DNA from: Diadema antillarum
Lineage: Eukaryota
Length of the DNA: 64,000 nucleotides
Assembly (NCBI RefSeq): GCF_040938485.1
Contig: NW_027272134.1
Location: 806,001 to 870,000, forward strand
Reading direction: 5' to 3'
Shown here: one piece after another, positions 25,750 to 36,541 of the stretch
Layout: every line of letters begins with the position of its first letter
Numbering within the stretch: position 1 is the first letter of the stretch
Notes under the pieces: generated by a model
The model's database searches: none
What the model saw: only the letters and a program-made list of their open reading frames with translations
Told to the model about the DNA's origin: nothing
Translations under genes and position numbers: made by a program

Positions 25750-27396
25750 CTGTAAAAACAAGAGGATAGATAATACCACATCAGGAATGGTGAGACGCTA
25801 CTGATATTCCCTTCATACATGTCTTACGACAATGATAATCAAATGATGATGATGATAATGATGAAAATGATAGTAGTCCAGTAGTCAGAGTCATTCATGT
25901 CAGTATCAATTATCTAAAATAACAACACCAAGTAGAACATTATAACAACTATGATAATAGTCATATCACTGAGAAAAAAATTTGCACAAACTTAGCAGTG
26001 CAAAAATGAAAACATAGTTTTACAATATCCATCCTGCTCACTGCCAAAGTTATGAAATTATTGTCTACCTTGAAGTGAGCAAAACATGCCATGAAACGAA
26101 TGGTGTGCAATCAAGCATTCATCTATGTCTTACAGTCCCCTTGGTCAGTCTTGTTATCACACAGTTTTCATACTGCTCATCTCAAATTTCAGCTTGTGGC
26201 AGCATTAGACGAGATCACACCAGACCTCGGTCGGATGACCAACGTGTCGTCTTCCAACTTTCACATTAATCACACTTCCTGTTTGCGACAAAAGTCATCC
26301 CACAACTCAACGACAGCAGTCTCACTACGGCAAAAACACAAGCTGTTTTTTATTGCCGGTGTACAAAATCTAGTTTGTGGCCAAATCCCAAGCAGAGGTC
26401 CCTAGTTCTCACATGGCAGATTGTTTGTGCAGAGAAGACCATGTAAAATACCTAATAGCATGGAGGGAGTTTACGGAAACACATGCAAATCAAAACTCAT
26501 CTCACTAAGTCCCTACCACCTGCGTCAAAAAAACAAATGATGCTGTCAATGTCCCCTGAATGAGCGTTGGCAGAAAGGGGACATGTGGTGTGAAACTTTC
26601 TTGTGTGTGATTTGTGACTAATTTGGCACGAATCATCTCTCTTGTATTTGGCTTTTTCCCTGCAACAACAAATTACCCCTGCTTTCAACCATGGCAATGA
26701 TCACTGAAGGCAAGAGGTTCATGTTGTCAGGCACATGTTTTTAATTCACATATTTGTACTGTCATTCTGGATTATGCTTTGGATAATCTCTTGCATCATA
26801 CTCACGCCACCCGAGTTTGTTCCATTTTGTAGCGCATCATAAATGCGGACGGTATGATCTCCTCGAGCATGAACACATTTCAGTACCAGTGCTTTTATGA
26901 TCCAAAAATTACCAAATTTATTATTTCACCATAATAAAAGAGAACTCGATATGGATAAAATACTGCCATAAATCATGATTATAGATAACTTCCTATCATG
27001 CATGAAATTACATGAGTCATGAGGGACTTGAAAAGTGATTTCATCTACCAAAAATGCTTACAATAACTGTCAGACATCCTCAGAAAAAGGCATAAAAGAA
27101 TTAAAGATTTGAGATATGCAGAATTAAAAAAAAAAATGCAAAATACCGCTTTCGTCATGTGGTATTCAGCTATGAGACAATGGTCAGTAGCCTGATGCAC
27201 AAGTGGGGATATTTCTCTTCTAAATCATATATAAAAGATGTGCTTGGAGTATATCCACATTTTTGAAGATGGAAGAAAGAAATGCCATGACTATACTGTA
27301 GTGTCTAGTCTGTAGTTTATGGGGTTCGTTTGAGATGTGTGCTGTCACTTTTGTACAGCATGGCCAGCAAAGAAAGGGGTTGTATGTTATACGCAC

Positions 27397-27543
27397 CTCG
27401 GAGCGAGATTTTCCTCTTCTTCTTCCGCGGCTTCACCCCCTCCACGGGTCGGATCCCCCCGGACATCGGCGGGCAGTAGACGGGCGCCCTCACGGGCACG
27501 AGTTTGACAGGTAGTGCTGTGGAGAGCAAGATGCTCGTCATAG
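27397..27543 (-). CDS. DTX: Deltex internal exon (147 nt), conserved pre-RING motif and basic NLS-like cluster
   Basis: ccctccag|CT ... CGAG|gtgcgt. Encodes MTSILLSTALPVKLVPVRAPVYCPPMSGGIRPVEGVKPRKKKRKISLRG, similar to vertebrate Deltex MTGILL.AAGLPV.L..AP.P...PP......PV.GV....RK.KKK. Confidence 0.88.
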
Positions 27544-27852
27544 CTGGAGGGAGGGGCGGATATAGAGGACAGACTTTGATGGATTTGATAGCATGTCAGT
27601 AAGTAGGGATGACAGCCGGTGACAGGATGAGGGATGGTGCTCATGAGGTTAGGCAGGCTCGCCCACAGTCAAACTTGTCATCTCGCATGCTGCATACAAT
27701 GTTACGGCAGTGACGTGGGTCTGGCGCAATTCCTGCAGTGCTTTCAGTAAGAAGGCGCGTGGTTTGTGTGCGGCCGTAAAACTTGTGTGTCCACATGCAT
27801 AGACTCTAGGTACACCTGCAGTAACATCTCTCAACAAAGCTGTATCAAGGAG

Positions 27853-28074
27853 TACTGTAAACGTCCATATTTTCGCGCGATTAATTTTTCGCGCTGAGCG
27901 ACTCAAAATCATACTGGCGGGTTCTTGAATTCGCGCTGCACGATTGTCAACCCATTCAAAATGTACAGAGAAAATTGTGAAGATATTTTGGCGGATTTTA
28001 GAATTTGCGCTAGCCAAAAGTATCGCAAAATGTGCAAATATTAGTGTACCACAAAAATTTGTGCATTTACAGTA
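27853..28074. mobile_element. TACTGTAAA...TTTACAGTA MITE, related subfamily
   Basis: TIRs tactgtaaa / tttacagta and tttcgcgc motifs. Confidence 0.7.
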
Positions 28075-28600
28075 TCCAGTTACATGTTCATCATTAATTT
28101 AATAGATGTAGTAAAGCAGAAGCATGGCTGGAATGCCTCCTCGGGAGTAGAGAGAATATGCACAGTGTGTGAAGGTGATATTTCAGTAGCCGGATTGATT
28201 AAGACATAAAGTGTTGTAAAGGACTTTAAGCACTGTGTCATAGTGAAAATATAAGTAAATGTTACTACAGTGTATTCCACACATGAAAGAGCTTGTGTAT
28301 CACGCAATGCTTTGCCACACAGGACATTCAGAAATGAGCCACCTTATTCGGTGATAGGGAAAGCCCTTCTGAAACGACAAGTGTTTCTGTACAAGTTTGA
28401 CTGTGTGCACCGGATGAATGGGTTATACGAAAACTGTTAAGATGACATTAAGTAGAAGAGTATAAAGTCTTAAGATGAATTGTTAATGGTTCTGTACAGG
28501 CACTCCTCTGTAAAAACACAAACACAAGAAGACAAAAAATACAATACTGTGCAGCATTAAATATTGTCACATCTTTTCTAATGTAGTTTATTCTACCAGA

Positions 28601-28759
28601 TACTGTGAAAGTGGAAATTTTTTCGAGCAACTTTTTGCACTCAGATGGGCAAAATTAATTTCAAGTGTTTCTATAATATATCATCACACATTACATGCAA
28701 AAACAATTGCGCTGGTGTCATATCGCATGAAATGCACCAAAATTTCCACTTTTACAGTA
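28601..28759. mobile_element. TACTGTGAAAGTGGAAATT MITE
   Basis: TIRs tactgtgaaagtggaaatt / aatttccacttttacagta; related to 62934-63129. Confidence 0.75.
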
Positions 28760-28841
28760 ATAGAAATACTGAATTCAACAGTGACTTGCCTCTAGGTTAG
28801 TAATAGCTATAAAATACAATGATCATGAAACATATTTTCAT

Positions 28842-28842
<1 letters not shown>

Positions 28843-28899
<57 letters not shown>
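28843..28899. repeat. (ACT)n trinucleotide microsatellite
   Basis: Read directly. Confidence 0.95.
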
Positions 28900-28900
<1 letters not shown>

Positions 28901-29667
28901 ATGTTACTACAAATATAAATGAGAAGAGAATAAAATGAGAAAAGAAGGAGCATTATGAATCATGACTTATCTTCAGCTTTTATGAAATATTCCAGATTTT
29001 AGTGAGACAATCCAAATCAGGAAGCATTAGCAGGTCAGTTATACAATTAGTAACACTTTCTTCATTGATAGTGTAAGGACATTAGTTTTACTCCCATACC
29101 CTTTCAAGCTTGGGTTAGCTTTCTTCTGATTCAACATAAAAAGGAAAGTCCTTGTTTTGCATTTTCATGTCCAAAAAGGTGAGGCATACCTGGTATATGT
29201 AGTGCCTTTTTCACTTGATTTAAAGTTATTTCATAAGTTAGTTCACCACTTCAGCTATTAAGGAGACATTTTATTCATCCTGTGACTCAAGACTAACCAA
29301 AACTATTTCACACAAAGTTTCGAGAATTCTTTGGCTGGTGTTCTTTTATAGATATGGGTAAATGTACTTGTGTTTCCCTTTTTGAAATTTGTAGTACTAG
29401 CTACTCTAAAAGAAGAAGCTTCAATTTATTATCCACTTCCTCAGGAGGGAAATGCCTTTTCTGAAACCAACCTTATTGATAAGAGTGACCATGGCACCAG
29501 TAACAATTACTCTGGTAATAAAAAAATGTCCCTTAAAAACCATGAAAAATAATCTCTGATTCCCTATTGTGAATATCTCTGGTGCACATTCAGGTGATAG
29601 ATGCTTAAAACAACAAAAAAAACAAACAAACAAACAAGAATGTGTGTTATCTCATGTCTTTTGAAGA

Positions 29668-30668
29668 AACTAGAAATGTCGCTATGGCGACTGGTATGCC
29701 TTTGCCATAATGCATGGTTCTCCTAAGTACAGTTGTACAATGTCTTGACAACATGTGATGACAGTTTCACATAATGAAAAAAATATTAAAATGACAGGTT
29801 TGTCACCAATGTGTTGCATGTTCACTTTCCTTGAAGTACATATTGTAGGTTGAATTGGATAAATGGTTATACTGTTTAAGAGTGCAGGTATTTGGGGATT
29901 TGAGGATTTTTACCTGACTTTTGACCCTTTTATAAGTTTAAAGAACTTAGAAGTGAAATTTAGCACTTTCACTTGACCTTTGACCTTTTGACCTTTGGGC
30001 AAGAAACTTCCAACAGAATCTCTATTGGGTAATACATGCATACACAAGTTTTAAGAAAAATCCTGCAGGCATTGCACAGATAAGAGAGAAATAGTGAAAT
30101 TTTGAGGAGTTGACCCTGACCTTTGACCCATGACCCCTAATTCCCTAGATAATCACTGCAAGTCAGTACATGCATATGTACTAAGTTCCATGAAGATACT
30201 TTGAACCATTTGTGAGATATGGAGAAAAAAGTTAAATTTTAACATTTTCACTTGACCTTTGACCTTTTGACCTCACTACCCAAAACTCTCTCTGGAGAAT
30301 CCTTACTTGGTAGTTCATGTATACACTGAGTTTCACGAAAGTATCTTCATGCATTGCATAGATATTGGGGAAATAGTGAAATTTTGAGCATTTGACCTTG
30401 ACCTTTTGACCTTTGATCTTGAGCATGCGTGCCCGAAAGTTGATAGGCACAACTTCGCCCACTCATATATGTACATGCCAAGTTTCATTAGGATACCACT
30501 CTAACAGTTTTTTAGATATGCTGTCCACAAAATTGATTACGGACGAAAGACGGACGGAAGGACGAATGGAAGGACGGACGGACTGACGGACGGACGGAAG
30601 GACGGGAGGACGGAAGGACAACCTGAAAGCATAATGCCTCCGGCGACACTTCATGGAAGAGGCTTAAC
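29668..30668 (-). mobile_element. Helentron-associated / DINE-1-like element with internal ttgacctttgacc repeats
   Basis: aactag end with gtcgctatggcgac palindrome, (GGAC)n microsatellite at 30539-30620 and terminal hairpin gcctcc...gaggc. Confidence 0.65.
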
Positions 30669-31900
30669 AAAAAAAGAAACTAATAAAACCCTCAGGTTGT
30701 AACTTGAGAAAAAATTGTTGTCAGCACTTAGACAAAGCAATGGACTCCCTATACTGCATTATAAATGACCAAAATGGTATGTATATCGATGATTGCAAGC
30801 ATGACATGCATTATTGATAAGTGCTCTGATAAAAAAAAAAGGAAATAGTTTTGCTACAAATGTCACTGACTACAGACATAGCAATGTGGATATAACAAGC
30901 ATCAATTCTACAAAGGTGGAAATTTTCTCTCAATTCATTTTTCATGCCATGCTAATTTCTGTGAAATTTGCTTATCTGAGATTAAGTGGAAGGCATTACA
31001 TTAGGTGACCTAATATCTACAAAAACATTTATTGCATTGGTTTTTGCATTTTGTGCTAAAAAGTTACTGCAACTGCAAAATTTGTGGAATTGTTCTCACC
31101 ATCAAACTTTCCACATTTATAGTGTCATGGAATGTGCAGTAACACCACTTGTGAACTTAGGTAGTACAGTAGCTAAAATGTGTGGTACCAGTATCTGTCG
31201 TATGTACAGTATATAAAACTGATGCAAATGAAAACAAACTAGCAATAAATGGTAGGTGTTAGACACATTATATCATAGATATCCAAATGAAAATTCAGCA
31301 TGTATGAAATGTAAATGCAGAGTATTAGAACTGGGTGGAAACACACGGAGTGGTGTGGTAGTCAGTTGCCATGGTGAAAACTACACCAAATTAGTGAATA
31401 CAAACGTGATGTATGATCCCAACTCAATGCAGAAAACAATACAAACACTTGCTACATGATGTGAGGGTCATACTAAGAATTTACTGATTAGAAAATTCCT
31501 AGGGTGTCCTCATCAAAGAGGACTGCCTTTCATCTTTAATGCAAAGGAAAAAACCAATAAAATGTTGTTGAGCACTTGAATTACACATTAGACAGTGAAA
31601 GTCATCAAAGACCGCACTCTGCCATAGACCAATAGGCAGTTTCATTTTTATGTTTCAAAAGAGGATATTGCCTCAAAATTTTCAATTGCATGATAGCCAG
31701 TGTAACTGGATTTTCATTCAATAAAAAGTTGCAAGCTTAGCTGACCTACACTGTCAATTATTAACGTTTCCCACAAAGGGGTGTTCAAAACTACTTGGTT
31801 AAGACTTGTAAAACATTTATGCCTGATCAATGCTAGAATTTCGAAAATTGAGGCTATGTGACTATATAAAGACTATACTGGAGGTCGAGATTTGTGCCAG

Positions 31901-32071
31901 GGTCCCATTTCATGAAGCAGTTTCTGACAATTGCAGCATGCAATGATGATTGTTGCCATGGCAGCAGCTGAGCATTAACCAATCAGCTGCAAGTATTTCT
32001 CTCATCACCATGGCAACTGTAATTCATTGTAACTCTTGATAATGGTGTCAATGTCTCCATGAAATGGGACC
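31901..32071. mobile_element. Harbinger-like MITE with 3-bp CAG target duplication
   Basis: cag|ggtcccatttcatgaag ... ctccatgaaatgggacc|cag. Confidence 0.75.
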
Positions 32072-32084
32072 CAGGTATAGTTAC

Positions 32085-32161
32085 CTGTCATCACAGGACT
32101 CAGGCGGGCACCGGCTGCATTTGCTGCCCTCGCTTGGATGGTGCATGGTGTGGACTGAGAT
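32085..32161 (-). CDS. DTX: Deltex internal exon (77 nt)
   Basis: ccccttcag|A ... ATGACAG|gtaact. Phase 2 in, phase 1 out. Encodes SQSTPCTIQARAANAAGARLSPVMT and joins in frame to A-MTSILLS of the next exon, resembling the Deltex 'HP..AGMTGILL' motif. Confidence 0.75.
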
Positions 32162-32410
32162 CTGAAGGGGCGACAGTGAGAAAGGGTGGGGGGTGGTAGA
32201 GAAGGAAAGGGAAAGAGTAAATAGAGAGAGATTTATGAAATTGCTTACAAATATCTCTTCCAGGTGAAGAATTCTGTGGACCAACATTAGTGAATGACCA
32301 GAATAAATGCAATCCATCAGCATGCCGTACAACTACACAAGTTGGTATTAAAGACATTTTGTCATTAAGTATCAGCCACATACGTGTGGTTGTGTGTTTG
32401 GGTTCTCCAA

Positions 32411-32620
32411 TACGAGCTGAATTTTTCGTGGTGGTTTTAATTTCGCGAATTTCGCGAATCGTCTTTGAACCGTGAAAATAAAAACACGCAAAAATAACAA
32501 CGCACGAATAACTATGTTCAGTTAGACCCTCGCAACCGCGAAATTAACAACACGTGAAAATGTCCTCCAAGTAGCAATTCGCAAAAGTATCTGTACGTGA
32601 AAATTTTAGCTCGTACAGTA
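32411..32620. mobile_element. MITE with TACGAGCT...AGCTCGTA inverted ends
   Basis: tacgagctgaatttttc / gaaaattttagctcgtacagta ends; shares the atttcgcgaatttcgcga core with the 211-bp family. Confidence 0.7.
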
Positions 32621-33478
32621 TAACAAACTTTTTCTTCTTCTTTATTTAGCTTTTTTTCTAAATTTCTGTCCTCCTCCTTCATTCTTTCCACCTCCATCTC
32701 CTTTTTATTTTTCTTCTACAACAGTACCATCCGCCATACTCACTCATACCACATTCATGCACCAGCAGGTACAGTGTGCATACACACGTTGCCGTTATCA
32801 ACTCGTCTCTAATTTCTGTGATGAATAGCCTGAAAGACATTCCGACCAACCCAACTTTGGCAGGGCTGGATGTTCGACATATCTTCAACCCTCAAGAGGG
32901 CTACAGATTGTGTTTAGACAGCTGATTATGCCACTGCACAATATACCTTGCCTATGCGTGATCACACAGCTGTCACACGCCTGATTTGTAGTGTCTGAGA
33001 TTCGTATGGCTTAAGTGGCTACATGATACCCAGAGAGACACGAAGAGAGAAAGAGAGACAGAGAAAAAGAAACAGAGAGAGAGAGAAAAAGACATCTGAT
33101 GATATCACAGGTGACTTGGATTGGATCATGTGACTAGTGTCATGTGATTCCTGTCTACACCCTCGGGGCACATTAACCTCATTCAGCTATTAGTACTGTT
33201 AATCCCTTGTCTCTCAAGACGTGGTCATTTCCAAAGATTCACTGCACGCCACATCCACTTGCTGTAAGTAGACGGTTAATTAAATGATTGCTCATTACGA
33301 ACACTCTTCATGGGAGCCATATTGCTTTTCACAAAAGTCTCCTGAAAATGTAATTCACACACACAATATCAAAGGGATCATTCAATTTACCCCATCAAGC
33401 CCCACATACCACAGTTCTGCGCTTTGGGGCTGTACGATACTTCCACCAATGAGGTTTTGTTTTTTTCCGGCATTGGTT

Positions 33479-33689
33479 TACTGTAAAACGAGGAATTTTC
33501 GCGTGCATTTTAATTTCGCGAATTTTGCGAGCGCCAAAATTCGCGAAATTAAAATGCACGCAAAAGCTTTTGTCTACACTACATGCATTGAATGCCAGTA
33601 GCAATTCGCGAAAATTTCTTGCCACGAAAAAGGCTGTCGGCTCCAATTCGCGAAAATTTCATGCCACGAATATATCATGTTTTACAGTA
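33479..33689 (+). mobile_element. 211-bp TA-flanked MITE, copy 3
   Basis: Same length and sequence family as 14146-14356. Confidence 0.9.
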
Positions 33690-34645
33690 TCTGTTTGTCT
33701 GCTTGCAAAATATCTCAAAAAGTTGTAAACAGATCCAGATAAAATGTCCAGGTTCAGCTGATAACATAAGGAACAGATAATCAAATCTTCGTAGTGATCA
33801 AGATCACTGTCTGGATCCAGGAATATTTTGGCATTTTTTTTTTAAGGATTCCTTATCACTGGCAAATACGACAACATATGAGCGAATTCAAGCTGCGCGA
33901 ATTTGAGGAGCGCAAAAATGCACTGAGCTAGCTCTTGAGGCATAGCAGGAAGCTCTTTTATAGAGACACTAGAAGGACTCTTTATCACTGGGAAATTTGA
34001 TAGGACCATTTTTAGCATGTTTTTGTATGAACGGAAGTGAGCTGCTTGGCGGAGGTCTGTGCTCTCTGAGTGTGGTATTCATTGTCACTGTCTTATAATG
34101 TAGAGTACACAATTCCCCTTCATGTCAGTCCTTCGTTGTCCGTATATCATTACTGTTCTTCTTTTGTGTGTTTATGGAATGTTCAAAGCCTCCTTATTTC
34201 TGAAATGATAAATTAATCTCAAAATATCACCACATTTCAGAATATCAAAATTCATGTTTTTATCTTGACTTGCATCTTTCAGACGGCAGGGGAAATGATA
34301 TTACCCTTAATATATATGTCAGTGACAAGTAAAGGATTTGTGTTGATTTTATTCCAAAAAATAAAATTTTGTGAAATTCTCTTTATATTTTCCTTATATC
34401 GTTCACGCATGTGACATCATACATTGTAGTAGTCTTCTTATCCAGCAGTTACTACGCAGATATCTTAAAAATTCATAACTTTTGAACGGTTTGTCCAATT
34501 TTCCCAAACTTTCACTGATATGTTCTAGTAATATAGCTCCATTCACTCAATTCACATGTATATGAAGGTGGACTTGTCCTTTAATTTTGCTAAATAATGG
34601 CAATGCAAAGAATGCTCATCATTTGTGTACTTTGCTACTGTGAAT

Positions 34646-34753
34646 AGGCGTTTTCACATCAGCCCGATAAAATCCAAGCTCGAGATATTTTCCAATTTCC
34701 AAGTCAGAAAACAGCGTGCTATTTCGAAACATCAGGCTGATGTGAAAACGCCT
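34646..34753. mobile_element. 108-bp MITE with 19-bp TIRs
   Basis: aggcgttttcacatcagcc / ggctgatgtgaaaacgcct. Confidence 0.75.
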
Positions 34754-34815
34754 TTTGGTTGTAACAAATTTTACTTTTGTTCAGAGTCAGATTTCATGCA
34801 CAGGCTTAAATTACA

Positions 34816-34948
34816 NNNNNNNNNNNNNNNNNNNNNNNNNNNNNNNNNNNNNNNNNNNNNNNNNNNNNNNNNNNNNNNNNNNNNNNNNNNNNNNNNNNNN
34901 NNNNNNNNNNNNNNNNNNNNNNNNNNNNNNNNNNNNNNNNNNNNNNNN
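34816..34948. other. Assembly gap (N run) removing a Deltex exon donor
   Basis: Ns directly abut the open exon frame at 34949. Confidence 0.99.
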
Positions 34949-35118
34949 TCATCCTTGACGTGGTTGCCGCGGCAGCCGTTGCCAGCTGTGACATTGTGGC
35001 ACTCTGGGTTAGTGGCGGCAGCACGCCCCCGGAGCTCGGGCCAGGGCTGGCCGTGGGATGGAGTTTGCTGCCCTCACTGGACTGAGATGCAGCCATGGAT
35101 GCTGGAACGCTGACAGAC
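34949..35118 (-). CDS. DTX: Deltex internal low-complexity exon, 3' end lost in assembly gap
   Basis: GC-rich open frame SVSVPASMAASQSSEGSKLHPTASPGPSSGGVLPPLTQSATMSQLATAAAATTSRM runs into the Ns. Two possible phase-2 acceptors (exon start 35118 or 35110) both fit the phase-2 donor at 35734. Confidence 0.65.
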
Positions 35119-35733
35119 CTTCCATTTTTTTTTTTTTGGGGGGGGGGGGTAGGAAAAGAGATTTTTAGAAACAAATTTTGAACAAACATAAAACCAATGT
35201 AACACATGCATGTCTTGATGGGATACTATCCCATAATACATGAATTGGGGCCACAGAATGTGACTTAAAATCATTTTTTCGTTTTGTTTCCAAATTTTCC
35301 TCATGAAAATGCATCAAGGTAGCTAGATGAGATTTGCCTTGGAGTCTTTGATTCTGCAGAAAACAGAACTACCCATATGACACAGCATTCCATGCACAAC
35401 TAGAAATATTGAAAAAATAATTAAGTCATATGATAATTGCAGGTGCAGTCGATAGATTTCTGCAAAGAAATCACTCATACAACCTCATCATTCACAAAGG
35501 TCAAACTGAGCTAATTTGACCGAACAGTAAGTAGTAAATCAAGAAATTCCATCGCTGTCAGAAAGTTGTAGGAAGCAGATGACTAGAAAATAACTAAAAA
35601 GAAATTCAACAATTAAGAAAGTGTGACTTAATTTGTAAACACTATGGAAACAGCTTGCTGGCAAAATAGGTGTTAATCTAAGACTTTCAAAGATGAAATC
35701 AAACAGACTCATCACACTAGAACTTCATGGCAC

Positions 35734-36541
35734 CTCGGGAGGGTTGTTCTTCCAGTGCTGCCGGTTGATGAAGCCGCTGAGCTTGTACTTGCAACGTCTG
35801 CATCCCCCGGACTGGTCCATGCCACGGTTGCCTGGACATCTCTCGTCGCTGCTACCGCTTTCCTGGATGATGACCGCTTGCCATGCAACCGCTTCCCTGT
35901 CCTTTGTGTTCCTGTTCCTGTTCCTGTTCCCGTTCCCGTGGTTGCAGGATCGATGACCTGAGGCACATTTGGCGTCGTTGCAGCCGAGGCAGGGCTCGGC
36001 GAGCTGGCATTGTCCGCTTCTTCAATGGTGTCTGTTATCGATAACGAGGTTGGCCGTGATAACTCCAGGCCCGTGGGTTCAATGACCGTCACTTCGCTCA
36101 CCATCTCAATCTGACAGGTTTCCAAGGTAACATCCGGACCATCCTCACCACTACCATCATCACCACTGCTACCACCTCCTTTGTCATCAACTTCCTGAGT
36201 CTGTGCCAACCGTTCCACCATGCCCACTGTAACATCCTCACTTTGGGGATTGTTCGCCTTGGGGTAGGCAGTGTCGAGGACCACTCTGCGCAGTGCCCTC
36301 TTGAATCCTGAAGTCCTGCGAATCTGCATCATCTGCGTGAAGTCGACGGTATAGGGCAGGTGGCACTTGGTCTTGGAGAGGTCCACCAGGGGCAGCCGGT
36401 TGTTGTAGGCGTCCTCCATGATGGTGCTGGTGTCGAGGTCGTACTGGATCCAACCTGAGGAGTCTTCCCACTGCCACTCCACTCCCTTGCCTGCAGGGGA
36501 GCTGGCCGGGAGCTCCCTGCGTCTGATTGGTCGGGCATTAC
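35734..36541 (-). CDS. DTX: Deltex E3 ubiquitin ligase, internal exon encoding the second WWE domain plus a low-complexity Ser/Thr/Gly/acidic linker
   Basis: Translation GNARPIRRRELPASSPAGKGVEWQWEDSSGWIQYDLDTSTIMEDAYNNRLPLVDLSKTKCHLPYTVDFTQMMQIRRTSGFKRALRR matches the Deltex WWE2 pattern (RPVRR...SAPGKG.VWEW...W..YD...Y.IDF..M.Q.R..TG..R..RR). Acceptor tcttgtcag|GT at 36541 (phase 1). Donor inferred at ccgag|gtgcca, 35734 (phase 2; weaker and less certain). Confidence 0.9.

Noticed and set aside
27387-27644. 85-aa ORF MSTIPHPVTGCHPY... overlapping the Deltex exon
   Set aside because: Wrong frame; the conserved Deltex motif is in the frame starting after the AG at 27544-27545.
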